DNA from: Candidatus Sericytochromatia bacterium
Lineage (GTDB): Bacteria; Cyanobacteriota; Sericytochromatia; S15B-MN24; JAQBPE01
Direction of reading: 5' to 3'
DNA: 64,000 bases
NCBI GenBank assembly: GCA_040400605.1
Contig: JBBAPZ010000004.1
Coordinates: forward strand, 112,821 to 176,820
Positions 21,291 to 31,803 of this stretch are shown in pieces. The translations under genes and the position numbers were made by a program. Position 1 is the first letter of the stretch. Each line of letters begins with the position of its first letter. The notes beneath the pieces were generated by a model. The model was not told the origin of the DNA. It worked only from the letters and a program-made list of their open reading frames with translations, and did not search any database.

Positions 21291-21683
21291 ATGATGCGCG
21301 TTTTGGTAGTAGCCGTTGTTTGCGCTTTATCACTCCAGTTAACGACAGAAGCGGCGCAAGATCCGGCTCGCCCGCTTGAGGAAACATCAGGGCTGTCCCC
21401 GGAAGCGCGTCGGGAACGGTTGAAAGAGTTTAACCAGAAGCAGCGCGAATTCAGGCAGAAATGGCATGCGCTGGATCAGGAACGCAAGGCAGAACGTAAG
21501 CAACTGCGCGAACAGGCCAAAGCGCTGATGAGTGCTAAACAAAAAGCCCGCGCAGAAGCAAAACAGGCCGAATGGAAGACGCTGAGTCCCGAGCAGCGCC
21601 AAGCTCGCCGGGCAGAACGTGTAGCCAAAATGAAGGCGAAACGCTCGAAAAACCAGGAGGCTACCGACCAGAGCATCAGATAG
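21291..21683 (+). CDS. Secreted, highly charged helical protein (DUF3106/Spy-like LSPExR motifs)
   Basis: GGAGGG RBS, signal peptide, LSPEAR and WKTLSPEQR. Confidence 0.7.
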   Translation: MMRVLVVAVVCALSLQLTTEAAQDPARPLEETSGLSPEARRERLKEFNQKQREFRQKWHALDQERKAERKQLREQAKALMSAKQKARAEAKQAEWKTLSPEQRQARRAERVAKMKAKRSKNQEATDQSIR

Positions 21684-21732
21684 GTGATCGACTATCGCAT
21701 CACGAAGGTTAGTGTGAATTATGACATTGTCA

Positions 21733-21773
21733 AGCTGGATGGTGACAAATTGCAATTTGGCGATCGTCCAGCT
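21733..21773. terminator. Imperfect stem-loop with a central 14-bp palindrome
   Basis: AGCTGGA...CAAATTGCAATTTG...TCCAGCT. Confidence 0.35.
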
Positions 21774-22060
21774 GATAACGACATGAGCACACCGGAAAAA
21801 CGGCCAACAAAACCCTCCCAAGTATACGCCAATCGGTATTGACGCAAACGTCAAATCATACAGGCTGCGCAGAGGCTGCCCGTTTTGGGCGCCCTTTCGT
21901 TGTTATGTCAAACGCGTCACAGCCTGAACCGACCCTTCGACACATCACTGCTTTGGTATCCCGTTTTTTGTTGACCACGAGGCCCCCTTGGCACCGATGA
22001 CACAAAACCGTGCTCAAGAAAATCACGTCCGCATTTCATAAACTTAAAGTGCTTGAATCC

Positions 22061-22186
22061 TCCGTTGGATGCTTGTTTCACGGCATTTTCCTCAAAACTG
22101 ACCCCAGTCGTTTCGCGGATCACAAACTATCAACTGACCACGCGATGACCTGTTTTCCAGAGTTTTCGCCGCGAACTTTCGAATAC
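22061..22186 (+). repeat. Dispersed intergenic repeat, module B
   Basis: TTGGATG..GGCA..GACCC..CGATGA..TTTCCAG..TTTTC in the same order as 46603-46728. Confidence 0.55.
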
Positions 22187-22318
22187 CCGTTCTGAACAAC
22201 CCAAGTTTAACAAGAAGTTTTTTAAAACATATATTAGCCTTAAGAATTTTTTGGCCCGTGATGACGATATGTCAGTTAGCGATTGTAATCACGGAGTTTT
22301 GTTTGGGATTGGCGTGTT

Positions 22319-22717
22319 GTGAGAATGGATGGTGGGTTTGTGACCGATAATCAGAGCAGTGAGGTGCCCTTGTCTTGCGCCACGCCTTTTGATCACAGCG
22401 AGTTGTCTCGTTTGATGGCGGCATATGCGAGCTACGTATTTGTGACGAATGAAGAGGGCGTGGGCGCCCGTGCGATGTTTCGCGGACGCTGGCAGTGGCG
22501 GGCGGTTGAAAAACATCTCGACACTGCGCCCAAATGGATGGTGGTCGTGAATGAGCGCGCTTCGGGGTTCGTGCGATATCGGCTGTATGGTGCGGATCAA
22601 CTGGCGACGCGTTGCCTGGCAGAAGTTGAGATATACTTTTCGTACGGGCACGAACAGCAACAGTGTTTCTGGTACCGCGAGCTCGCCGCAGGTGGTGCGA
22701 TGGGGTACGCCGCTTGA
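22319..22717 (+). CDS. Hypothetical protein
   Basis: 132-aa ORF after an AT-rich promoter-like tract; start uncertain. Confidence 0.6.
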   Translation: MRMDGGFVTDNQSSEVPLSCATPFDHSELSRLMAAYASYVFVTNEEGVGARAMFRGRWQWRAVEKHLDTAPKWMVVVNERASGFVRYRLYGADQLATRCLAEVEIYFSYGHEQQQCFWYRELAAGGAMGYAA

Positions 22718-22818
22718 CGCGGATAGACCTTTTTGTAATGCAGCAGTTTTGGATCCGTGATCGGTGGTGATGATCGCGGGCATATCCGGTACAATGCGCA
22801 ACATGGTTTAATCAACGC

Positions 22819-24093
22819 ATGTCGGATAAGGTCTCAGAACCCAAAGGCAAGGCATTCATCAGACCAACACGGGTTGGAGCGGCTCATCCGAAGCACATAA
22901 GCACGCTCGGTACGGCTAATAACACCGGCGCAATCACTTATTTTTTGTTGGCGATCATGCTAGGGGTGTTTCTGGTGGCACAGCCGCCAGATGAGCAGGA
23001 TGTTTATTGGTTGCTACGTTACGGCGCTAATTACGGTCCATTGATTGCAGCGGGAGATTACTGGCGTTTATTGAGTTCGCAGTTTTTGCATCACGGTCTT
23101 TTGCACCTCTTCGTCAATGGCTATAGCCTCTTTATGATTGTTCCTTTGGTCGCGCGCCGGCTTGGCGCGCTCGGCGTTTTTTGGATTTTTTTGTTTTCAG
23201 GCGCTGCGGGGGGACTTGCCAGTTTCTCGTTTCATCCGGAGGTGGTGAGCGTTGGCGCGTCAGGCGCTTTGTTCGGGCTGCTCGGCGCCATTTTGATGCT
23301 GGAGTGGAACAGTCCAAAAGGTAGTGACGGACGTCGGGTTTGGTATCTGAGTCTGACCACGTTACTGCTGAACGTATTTTTGGGAGCTTTTGTTCCAAAT
23401 TTGGATCATGCCGCGCATTTCGGCGGTTTGCTTGGTGGCCTTTTGTTTTGTCGGGTGGCGGGTGGTTTGGTCTGGTTTGAAACACTGTTTGGATCGTGGC
23501 TTCCCATCGGCGTCATCACGATATCTATCGCATGTTGCTGCGGATGGATGATTCACCTGGAAGCAACAGGTGTCCGCCAGCCGCTACGTGAGGTTTTAAA
23601 CCGTAATGTTGCGTGTTCGTTTCAACTGCCTGCACACTATATGATTCAGGCTTTTGGGGAAGACTGCGTATTGTCTCCTGATGGTCGGAGCTTGATTATC
23701 GTTCGCTCTTTGACCGGTCACCTTTCGGATAATATGTTGCGTCCTACCGTGAACGAAATATCAACGGACTCTTTCAACCCACACGCTTCCTTGATCGCGT
23801 TATTGCGAGCGCAAGGACTTAATCCCACTGCCGGGCCCGAAGTGAGTCAACGGGGTAAACAGGGTTATCTGAAGTTTCAGCAAGCGTGGACTTCATCACG
23901 TGAGCCGTCATCATTGCCCAATCAATCTGCTGATGCTATTTACGTATTCTCGAATCCCGAACGTGTCGTATTGGTGATGACGCGAGGGCGCGCATTCAAT
24001 GGCCGACTGGAACAGGGATTGGCGAGCGTGCTGGAAACGTTGACGATACTTGAACCTGAGCATAGCTTTGGTCGGTTGAGAGGAGCCTCATAA
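22819..24093 (+). CDS. Rhomboid intramembrane serine protease with extra C-terminal soluble domain
   Basis: YWRL, HxxxxHLxxN, GASG and AHFGG. Confidence 0.9.
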   Translation: MSDKVSEPKGKAFIRPTRVGAAHPKHISTLGTANNTGAITYFLLAIMLGVFLVAQPPDEQDVYWLLRYGANYGPLIAAGDYWRLLSSQFLHHGLLHLFVNGYSLFMIVPLVARRLGALGVFWIFLFSGAAGGLASFSFHPEVVSVGASGALFGLLGAILMLEWNSPKGSDGRRVWYLSLTTLLLNVFLGAFVPNLDHAAHFGGLLGGLLFCRVAGGLVWFETLFGSWLPIGVITISIACCCGWMIHLEATGVRQPLREVLNRNVACSFQLPAHYMIQAFGEDCVLSPDGRSLIIVRSLTGHLSDNMLRPTVNEISTDSFNPHASLIALLRAQGLNPTAGPEVSQRGKQGYLKFQQAWTSSREPSSLPNQSADAIYVFSNPERVVLVMTRGRAFNGRLEQGLASVLETLTILEPEHSFGRLRGAS

Positions 24094-24419
24094 TGGAACT
24101 TCGCGATACGACCCTCGCGGTTAATCAAGCCCCGAGGGATGACAACAACTACCTTTATCATCTCGAATCGGCAAATGGTCGATGGGCGATCGCCATCGAA
24201 CACTTCCGAGAAGCTCATTTCAATGTTTGTGTGATGTACCGCGACCCAGACTGGGATTTACACGGCGTCATTCGCTACTGGAAATGTTCCGCCCGGGACA
24301 TGGCAGAGGCGCGTTTTTTGGCGCTACAAAATCTGTTTGCAAATTTGGATGCCGACTTGGCCCTGACGGATATGTTGCGACATTTACCACCCGAAGAACG
24401 TCATGCGCCAACAAATTGA
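24093..24419 (+). CDS. Hypothetical protein coupled to the rhomboid gene
   Basis: TAATG stop/start overlap and AGGAG RBS. Confidence 0.7.
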   Translation: MELRDTTLAVNQAPRDDNNYLYHLESANGRWAIAIEHFREAHFNVCVMYRDPDWDLHGVIRYWKCSARDMAEARFLALQNLFANLDADLALTDMLRHLPPEERHAPTN

Positions 24420-24515
24420 TGAACGAGTGCTGTCTGGTCGTTTGTGACCCCGGTCTCAGACACATGCGCTGCCCTGCCATAAGCTGGCTATGTCATTGTG
24501 GTGAGGAGGGGAGCC

Positions 24516-24965
24516 GTGTTAGCAGAACAGAACGATGTTCAAGGTGAAGTTACTCGAGGTGAACATGCACACTCGGTGCATCAGTCGGAGGCGACCGCCA
24601 GTGCCGCACGTGATGCGGATCCTTACGCGGTCATTGAGTTCTTGCTTAAAAAAATCGAAGAACAACAGCAACGGGTCGGTGAACTGGATGCGTACCAAGA
24701 ACTGCTCAACACCGAAGTTGAAGCACTCAAGTCACAACTGCATACATCGCGTAGCGAATTGGAGCAGCAATTGTCTGATTATGACGTACTCATGCAAAAC
24801 AGTCTGGTCCAGGAACAGGAGCTAGAATCGTTGCGCGCTGCAGTTCGGGAGCATCAACAAAAACAGGCGCAACCCCGTATTCAATTGCCGTTCCATACGA
24901 GCCAACGCTTGGCGAATCTCGGTTTCAGTTACACGTCCACCCCGTCCCACCGCGTAGCGGGCTAA
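24516..24965 (+). CDS. Hypothetical coiled-coil protein
   Basis: GAGGAGG RBS; E/Q/L heptad pattern. Confidence 0.75.
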   Translation: MLAEQNDVQGEVTRGEHAHSVHQSEATASAARDADPYAVIEFLLKKIEEQQQRVGELDAYQELLNTEVEALKSQLHTSRSELEQQLSDYDVLMQNSLVQEQELESLRAAVREHQQKQAQPRIQLPFHTSQRLANLGFSYTSTPSHRVAG

Positions 24966-24975
24966 AGCGGCGCGC

Positions 24976-25100
24976 TACAGTCAGGCACGGGTTTTTGTTC
25001 GAAACTTAGGCGGCGCACTCAAAACCGTCGGCACTGACTCACTGTTATTTAATGACAGCGAAAATTCGATCAACAATTAACACGTTTGTGTATAACCGAA
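24976..25100 (+). repeat. Dispersed intergenic repeat, module A
   Basis: TGTTCGAAACTT..ACTCAAAA..GACTC.CTGTTATT..ACAGC.AAAA..GATCA.CAAT, matching the copies at 41012, 46483 and 63572. Confidence 0.75.
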
Positions 25101-25304
25101 CCGGCTTGAGACCTTTTGTCGTGACGGCCTGAATGCGGTTCGGGTGGTCACTGGGTTGTGCACGAACGTGTCGCCGTCTGTTCGTTATGGAGCGTGACAC
25201 AAAATCTCATTAAACATTATAATATTGAACGGTGCTACACCATCTTGCCCGTAGAGCGATGCGAAACCGGGCACTCGCGCAAAACTTGATCGTCAGGAGG
25301 TTCA

Positions 25305-25766
25305 ATGATGCACCCCACGCAGATCGGTCAGCAGTTTATTTCTGTGATGACCTCGACTGAGTCGCATTTGATCGCGAATGTGATCGAACAGGCTCAGAGA
25401 GCGTCGTCGAAGATTGCCTCGTATGTTCCGCTGGTGCGACAAATGCAAGATGCGGGCACGTCGTTCCTTGTTGCTCACCGTACAAACGTCGACCGCAGCA
25501 CGCCGGAAGCGGTCGGTGTGGTTGGTTATCGCTGGGATCAACACGACGTGGTCGTTGAGTTGATTATATTTAACGAGCACTGTGACACGACTGCGGTTTT
25601 GCGGCGGCTTTTGCAATCCACCGAGTCCATCTCGTTGGCACTGGGCGCCAAGGCCGTTCGCATCGACGGCGTCGGTATTGTCCATGCGGAGATGCTGGCG
25701 AACTTGAGCTATGGCCATGATCCACTGCGCCAACAATGGCGAAAGCAGCTGGACCGTTGGCTGTGA
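25305..25766 (+). CDS. Hypothetical protein, possible degenerate GNAT fold
   Basis: AGGAGG RBS; GNAT-like pattern without the acetyl-CoA motif. Confidence 0.65.
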   Translation: MMHPTQIGQQFISVMTSTESHLIANVIEQAQRASSKIASYVPLVRQMQDAGTSFLVAHRTNVDRSTPEAVGVVGYRWDQHDVVVELIIFNEHCDTTAVLRRLLQSTESISLALGAKAVRIDGVGIVHAEMLANLSYGHDPLRQQWRKQLDRWL

Positions 25767-25899
25767 TGGCCTACAGTTACCATCTTCGTCTACCTTGGGG
25801 CGTGTGATCAAATCATGGACCATCGTCTCGTGATTAGCGCTTGCTTCAGTGCGTTTTGCCTGGTTGTTGCGGCCGACTGGTACCGCAAGCGCGATTCTG

Positions 25900-27114
25900 T
25901 TAAACCGAAGGGCTCGCAAACGACGCCTGCGTCTCAAGAACCGCCCCAAGCCGACTGATTCCCTCTTCGATGCGCGCTTCTGTTGCATTTGAAAAGTTCA
26001 GGCGCATCGTGTTGGCTCCTTGGTGATGCGCAAAAAATGCTTGGCCGGGAATAAATGCGACTTTTTCTTTTAGAGCGGCTTCCAGGATCGGTGCGGCGGA
26101 CATGGTGTCTGGCAAGCGCGCCCAGATAAAAAGTCCTCCATCAGGTTCAGTGGTTGTGACGGATTCGGGAAAACAGGCATCGATCGCACGCTTCATCACC
26201 TCATACCGCCGTTTATAGGTCGCACGCAAACGGGATAGGTGGCTGTCATAATCAGCGACGGTCAAGTAGTGATGAACCATGACCTGATTGAACGCGCTGG
26301 TATGGAGATCCGCTGATTGTTTAAGCGGCATGACCCGCCTCAGAACCTCCGGGTGCAACACGGCATAGGCCACCCGCAAACCTGGTGCGATCGTTTTCGA
26401 AAAAGTTCTCAGCAACATCACCAAACCGTCTTGATCCAGGGACTTCATCGGTTTTGGGCGTTGTGTGCCAAAATACAACTCACCGTAAGGATCATCTTCA
26501 AGAATGGGAACCCCGTAATCGCGCGCGAGATTATACACTTGCTGCGTGCGCGCGGGTGACATGCTTTGACCAGTTGGATTTTGAAACACCGGATTGAGGT
26601 AAACTAACTTGGGCCGGCGTTGGGCCAGCGCAGCCTCAAGTGGCGCCGTCAAGATACCCTCATCGTCGCAGTCGATGGCGATATACGATGCCTCGACTGC
26701 GTTGAAGGCTTGCAATGCCCCCAAAAATGTGGGATTCGCGACCACAACGGGGTCACCAGGATCAACGAATACTTTGGCGAGCAAGTCGATACCCTGCTGG
26801 GAGCCAGTGGTGATCAGAATCTGATCAACTGGAACAGCAATCCCCTCACGCAGCAAGTCCTGTTGAATCCACTCACGCAACGGCATATAGCCTTCAGACT
26901 GACCATACTGCAAAGCCGCGTGCGCCAACGCATCGGTTGAAAACGCCGCGCACGCAGCCTTGAGCAAATCCGCGGCAGGGGTAAGCTCAGGCGCAGGCAT
27001 GCCACCCGCAAAAGAGATGATCTCTGGACGTGCTGCGACTTTTAACAATTCCCGAATCACCGACGGATTGACATTTGCCGTGCGGGTCGCGAAAGCGGGC
27101 GCAAAAACAGTCAT
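25900..27114 (-). CDS. PLP-dependent class I aminotransferase (2-aminoadipate/aromatic type)
   Basis: SFAGGMP, TGSQQ, FQNPTG, EDDPY and TFSKTIAPGLR. Confidence 0.92.
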   Translation of the reverse strand: MTVFAPAFATRTANVNPSVIRELLKVAARPEIISFAGGMPAPELTPAADLLKAACAAFSTDALAHAALQYGQSEGYMPLREWIQQDLLREGIAVPVDQILITTGSQQGIDLLAKVFVDPGDPVVVANPTFLGALQAFNAVEASYIAIDCDDEGILTAPLEAALAQRRPKLVYLNPVFQNPTGQSMSPARTQQVYNLARDYGVPILEDDPYGELYFGTQRPKPMKSLDQDGLVMLLRTFSKTIAPGLRVAYAVLHPEVLRRVMPLKQSADLHTSAFNQVMVHHYLTVADYDSHLSRLRATYKRRYEVMKRAIDACFPESVTTTEPDGGLFIWARLPDTMSAAPILEAALKEKVAFIPGQAFFAHHQGANTMRLNFSNATEARIEEGISRLGAVLETQASFASPSV

Positions 27115-27203
27115 CAGATAACTCCTCGTTGAGCATCATTCATTACAAGAACAGTGACACCATGACCCGGGGTAAGCGGTGTCACCAGCGGACCCGAAAG
27201 CGT

Positions 27204-28703
27204 TTAGACGCCGAAAGGATTCACCGTTTTCTCGCCGGTGTATACCAAGACGCTTTTCTCTTCCATGTACTGTTTCATCGTCTGCGCACCGAGCTCGCGC
27301 CCGAAACCGGACTGCTTCATGCCACCAAACGGGACGCCGACGAACGAACTGAACGGCGTGTTGATGGTGAGCCCGCCAGACTGTATCTTTGCTGCAACCC
27401 GGTGACCCCTGCCAGCGTCACGCGTCCAAATCGTGCCATACAAACCGTAAGGACTCCGATTTGCCATGTCAATGACTTCAGCCTCGGACTTGAAGCGCAT
27501 GATGACTGCAACTGGCCCGAAAATTTCTTCTTGTGCCACGCGCATGTCATTATTAACATCTACCAGTGCCGTCGGTAAGTAGAAATGCCCTTCAGAAAGA
27601 TCGTCCGGTCGCTTGCCACCAAACAATACCCGTGCCCCTTCCGCCACACCCAACTTGACGTAACCATCCACGCGTTGCCAATGTTCAGCCGTAATCAGCG
27701 CCCCAATCTGACTGCCTGGTTCACTTGGACCACCGACCACCAATTTCTGGGCACGCTCGGAAAATGCCGCAACGAAAGCGTCGTAGATCCCATCTTGAAC
27801 AAACAGCCGACTCCGCGCATTGCATGCCTGGCCAGCGTTATCATAAATGGCATAAATTGCGCCGGCTACGGCTTCATCCAGATTCGCATCATCAAAAACG
27901 ATGCCTGGACTCTTGCCTCCCAACTCCAACGTCACCCGCTTGATGCCATCCGCTGCATTGCGCATCACTGCCCGCCCGGTTTCCGTCCCACCGGTAAACG
28001 CAACTTTATTAACACCGGTATGACGGGTCAGCAAGTCGCCAACGCGTTCGCCAAAACCATTGACAACATTCAGAACACCAGCCGGAATGCCCGCCTCTGT
28101 TGCGAGTTCCGCTAGGGCAAGCGCAGTCAGTGGCGTCAATTCCGATGGCTTCAACACCACCGTATTGCCGGCAGCCAACGCAGGAGCTAGTTTCCAGGCA
28201 GCCATTACCAACGGGAAATTCCAGGGGATTATTGCTGCAACAACCCCCATCGGCTCCCATGTGGTGTAACACAGGTACTGATTCAGCGTTGGTACCGTAT
28301 CACCTGTCACTTTGCCACAGAACGCCGCATAGTAGTCAAAAACTTCCGCCGCGTGCATCACTTCACCTTGGGCGGCTCCCGCAGGCTTGCCGGTGTTGTC
28401 ACTTTCAAGCTTTGCCAACGTTGCTGCGTTGTTTCTGATCAAGTCTGCCAGTTTCGCTAGCGTCTTTGCGCGTTTTGGCGCGGAGACTTTTGCCCACGCG
28501 CCGAAAAAGGCGTTGCGCGCTGCACGAACGGCTTGGTCCACATCGTCGGATGATGCGTGCGCCACTGTTGCGATGGGTGTGCTGGTCGCAGGATTATAAA
28601 TGGTTAATGCTTCGTCTGTTGTGGCAGCCACGCGGGCGCCATCAATCCACAAAGGATAATGAACCAAACCCACGGGCGCGAGTGGCGCTTCTTGCTGACT
28701 CAT
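27204..28703 (-). CDS. NAD(P)-dependent aldehyde dehydrogenase
   Basis: PWNFP, FTGGTETG, ELGGK, GQAC and EEIFGP. Confidence 0.95.
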   Translation of the reverse strand: MSQQEAPLAPVGLVHYPLWIDGARVAATTDEALTIYNPATSTPIATVAHASSDDVDQAVRAARNAFFGAWAKVSAPKRAKTLAKLADLIRNNAATLAKLESDNTGKPAGAAQGEVMHAAEVFDYYAAFCGKVTGDTVPTLNQYLCYTTWEPMGVVAAIIPWNFPLVMAAWKLAPALAAGNTVVLKPSELTPLTALALAELATEAGIPAGVLNVVNGFGERVGDLLTRHTGVNKVAFTGGTETGRAVMRNAADGIKRVTLELGGKSPGIVFDDANLDEAVAGAIYAIYDNAGQACNARSRLFVQDGIYDAFVAAFSERAQKLVVGGPSEPGSQIGALITAEHWQRVDGYVKLGVAEGARVLFGGKRPDDLSEGHFYLPTALVDVNNDMRVAQEEIFGPVAVIMRFKSEAEVIDMANRSPYGLYGTIWTRDAGRGHRVAAKIQSGGLTINTPFSSFVGVPFGGMKQSGFGRELGAQTMKQYMEEKSVLVYTGEKTVNPFGV

Positions 28704-28983
28704 TGCAAAGACCTGCCTTTCGTTGAACTCCATTGTTCATGCGGCCTGAACTGGCGACAAGACGACCTCATCCCAGTGGCCTCGGGGCCACTACCGGTGC
28801 GGCACCCAACAAGCAAACCGCCACATTATGCAACGATGACATCACGACGTCAACGCGGAGCGGCAACAACGGGGAAGACGCACCAACAATGCCCAAAAGA
28901 GACGCGCTCCCATCCAGCGCTTGCCGCGAGGTGATCGCTGTACGGAGTGCACTGGGCATGGGTAGTGTCGGCGTCAGCAATGA

Positions 28984-30231
28984 TCAGATTTTGAAACTGG
29001 GCCACTGCTGCGTAGCTGTCGGTTCGGGAGGCAGTGTCGTCTCCGCGCGTTCTGGAGCGACCGCAACCTGTGCCATCCACATTAACGGCCAGCGCCATTC
29101 ATCCCAGTCACGGGACACCCGTTCAAAAGGTGGCGCGAAACCTGGGTCATTCAACTCCACCAGGTATGCCAGTGTCCCCAATGCCTCCATGGCCCAGGTG
29201 GTGCTGTCGCCATTGACCTGGTAAATGGTTCGCGCGATGGTTCCAGACTTGTATGCCAGACGTCTCCCGATCGCATGCCCCACCCGGCCCAATAACGCCT
29301 CTTTGGGCGAGAAAGACTTATCATAGCCAGGTGGCCAGAGAATCATTCCGGCGAAACTGTGCATATTGACTGCCAGCGTGAAACGCTGTTCGGTCATAAA
29401 CTGTTTCAGCAGCTGCGTTTCAGGCTCCGATTCGGGTGATGGGCCACGGTAGTCTTCATCCTCCGGTCGCGGATTGGCTTTGGCCCAATGGTTATCATAA
29501 TTGCGGTTGATGTCGACACCCATCGAGCCATCAAGGTTCGGTCTGGCATTTTTGCGCCACATACCATCACCCGCTTCAACACGAACACGACCATCCGGAT
29601 TCATCAAAGGAATCACCCAGATTTCACGTTCATCCACCAGTTGTGTGACGTTGACGTCTTGCCCATAGCGGGTGGCCAAATGCTCAATCATCCGCAATTG
29701 CAGTTCAACAGGCATCAGTTCGCGTGCGTGTTCACCCGCGTAAAACAAAACGCGCGGTTTCACACGATTAGGCGGGCCGATTCGAACGGCAACAACCTGC
29801 CGCCCTTCCAAAGACGTCCCAAGCACCCGCAGTCGTAGGAGAGAAGGATAATCTTGGCTCAGGCGTCGAAGGGTTTTACTGATATCCGTCACCCGATGAT
29901 AGCCGCTTGGAAAACCTTGCACTTTTGCCACTGCTTGCTCAAAACGCAAGGTGTAGCCTGCTTGGCGCAACTGAATCGCTTGGGTGGAACTGATCCGCGC
30001 ACCCACTGTTTTGGTTGCGTCATTTACATTTTCAAACAAATCAATGCCGTACCGGCCGAGACGCTCCAAACCCTCGCGGTTCCGGTATCCGATGCTGACG
30101 ACGCTCGCGTGGTCGGTCGCTGCCTGGCGCGCTGCAGTGCCTCCCGTTTTGATCTCCGCCGACGGCTTTAACCCGCAAGACCAAACACTCAAGCAACACA
30201 GCAGCGCAGTCATCCATTGCGTTTGACGCAT
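28984..30231 (-). CDS. M14 zinc carboxypeptidase, predicted lipoprotein
   Basis: Lipobox-like VWSC, HARE, WRKN, DINRN, HSF and VEL. Confidence 0.9.
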   Translation of the reverse strand: MRQTQWMTALLCCLSVWSCGLKPSAEIKTGGTAARQAATDHASVVSIGYRNREGLERLGRYGIDLFENVNDATKTVGARISSTQAIQLRQAGYTLRFEQAVAKVQGFPSGYHRVTDISKTLRRLSQDYPSLLRLRVLGTSLEGRQVVAVRIGPPNRVKPRVLFYAGEHARELMPVELQLRMIEHLATRYGQDVNVTQLVDEREIWVIPLMNPDGRVRVEAGDGMWRKNARPNLDGSMGVDINRNYDNHWAKANPRPEDEDYRGPSPESEPETQLLKQFMTEQRFTLAVNMHSFAGMILWPPGYDKSFSPKEALLGRVGHAIGRRLAYKSGTIARTIYQVNGDSTTWAMEALGTLAYLVELNDPGFAPPFERVSRDWDEWRWPLMWMAQVAVAPERAETTLPPEPTATQQWPSFKI

Positions 30232-30422
30232 GTCATCTCCCTTTGACCGCACTGGGTGCTTAAATTAAATTTTAACGACCCTTATCATAGGGGTTTGCTT
30301 CCCGGTATGCAATCGGTGATGTGTAAAATGGCGGCGTGCGTTGGAGCGATGCGGTGCTGCTGTGGTGGTTCGTTTGGATGAATGAATGCCGGTTGCGCGA
30401 TAAATCGGACGCTGCGTTGGTG

Positions 30423-31628
30423 TCAGGTATCGACCCTTTCAAAAACGGCGGCGATTCCCTGGCCGACGCCAATGCACATGGTTGCAAGGCCGTAGCGCGC
30501 TTTGCGGCGTTTCATTTCATGGACGAGGGTGACGGCGATACGAGCGCCGGAACTTCCAAGTGGGTGGCCAAGGGCGATGCCACCGCCATTCACATTGACC
30601 TTGTCGATGTCAAGTTGCAATGCTTGAATACAGGCGAGGGCTTGTGCCGCGAAAGCTTCGTTGAGTTCGATGAGATCGATATCGGCCAATGTGAGACCTG
30701 CGCGCGCGAGGGCTTTGCGGGTTGCTTCCACCGGTCCGATGCCCATCACGGCGGGATCGACGCCGACAACCGCGCTTCCGATGATGCGGGCAAGGGGTTG
30801 GAAGTGGTGGGCTCGGGCATGGGCTTCGCTCATCACAAGCAGTGCGGATGCGCCGTCGTTGATGCCGGATGAATTGCCGGCTGTTACCGAGCCGTTTGAC
30901 TTGAAGGCGGGCTTGAGGGCACTGAGCTTTTCAATTGTTGTGTCGGCACGCGGATGTTCATCACTGCTGACGATCTGTTGACCTGAGCGAGGGTTTGGAA
31001 TCGTGACAGGAACGATTTCGTCGTCAAAACGTCCTGACTGGATGGCTGCGATCGCCCTTGCCTGACTCCGTGCGGCGAAGGCGTCTTGTTGGGCACGATC
31101 GATGCCCCATCGCTCAGCCACGTTTTCGGCGGTATCACCCATGCTGTACGGGTGATACACGGTTGCAAGCGCCGGATTAATGAAACGCCAACCGAGGGTT
31201 GTATCCACCAGGCTCACGTTGCCGCGCGCGAAGGCGCTTTCCGATTTTGCCATCACAAACGGGGCACGGGTCATGGATTCAACCCCGCCTGCGATAAATA
31301 CCTCGCCGGCACCGGCTTGGATCGCATGAGCTGCGGTGATGATGGCCTGCAAACCCGAACCACACAAGCGATTGACCGTCTGACCTGCGACACTTGGCGG
31401 CAAACCCGCGAGCAAAGCTGCCATGCGTGCAACATTGCGGTTGTCTTCGCCTGCCTGGTTGCTGGCACCAAAGATAACATCTTCGATGGAATCGGAATTA
31501 ACACCGGTTCGTTCGACGAGGGCGCGGATTACCCAAGCCGCCATGTCATCCGGTCGAAGGTCTTTCAGCACCCCTCCATAGCGTCCGATGGGTGTTCTGA
31601 GCCCATCCACGATCACGGCGTGATCCAT
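30423..31628 (-). CDS. Acetyl-CoA C-acyltransferase (thiolase, PaaJ/PcaF-like)
   Basis: [29 protein letters not shown] and CIGVGQG. Confidence 0.93.
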   Translation of the reverse strand: MDHAVIVDGLRTPIGRYGGVLKDLRPDDMAAWVIRALVERTGVNSDSIEDVIFGASNQAGEDNRNVARMAALLAGLPPSVAGQTVNRLCGSGLQAIITAAHAIQAGAGEVFIAGGVESMTRAPFVMAKSESAFARGNVSLVDTTLGWRFINPALATVYHPYSMGDTAENVAERWGIDRAQQDAFAARSQARAIAAIQSGRFDDEIVPVTIPNPRSGQQIVSSDEHPRADTTIEKLSALKPAFKSNGSVTAGNSSGINDGASALLVMSEAHARAHHFQPLARIIGSAVVGVDPAVMGIGPVEATRKALARAGLTLADIDLIELNEAFAAQALACIQALQLDIDKVNVNGGGIALGHPLGSSGARIAVTLVHEMKRRKARYGLATMCIGVGQGIAAVFERVDT

Positions 31629-31803
31629 CTTTCAATCCTTTCCTGAGTGCACGACAAGGGGTTCCTCGGCAACGCCAACAGGCGGAAGGCCCCCGTTTCA
31701 GTGTACCGAAAATTCATGGACCGTGACGGGAAATGGTCTTTTCGCGTCACCGTGCTTCTTGCTACGATGGGGACGCACCGTGCAATCAGTGATTGGAAGG
31801 CTT

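Noticed and set aside
25302..25988. 228-aa minus-strand ORF
   Set aside because: Overlaps the aminotransferase and a plus-strand gene that has a strong RBS.
25900..31628. Dedicated aromatic catabolic cluster (thiolase, aldehyde dehydrogenase, aminotransferase)
   Set aside because: No ring-attacking enzymes, a peptidase interrupts the run, and substrates cannot be inferred.
31629..31803. T-box leader for leuS
   Set aside because: No T-box consensus; short divergent intergenic region.
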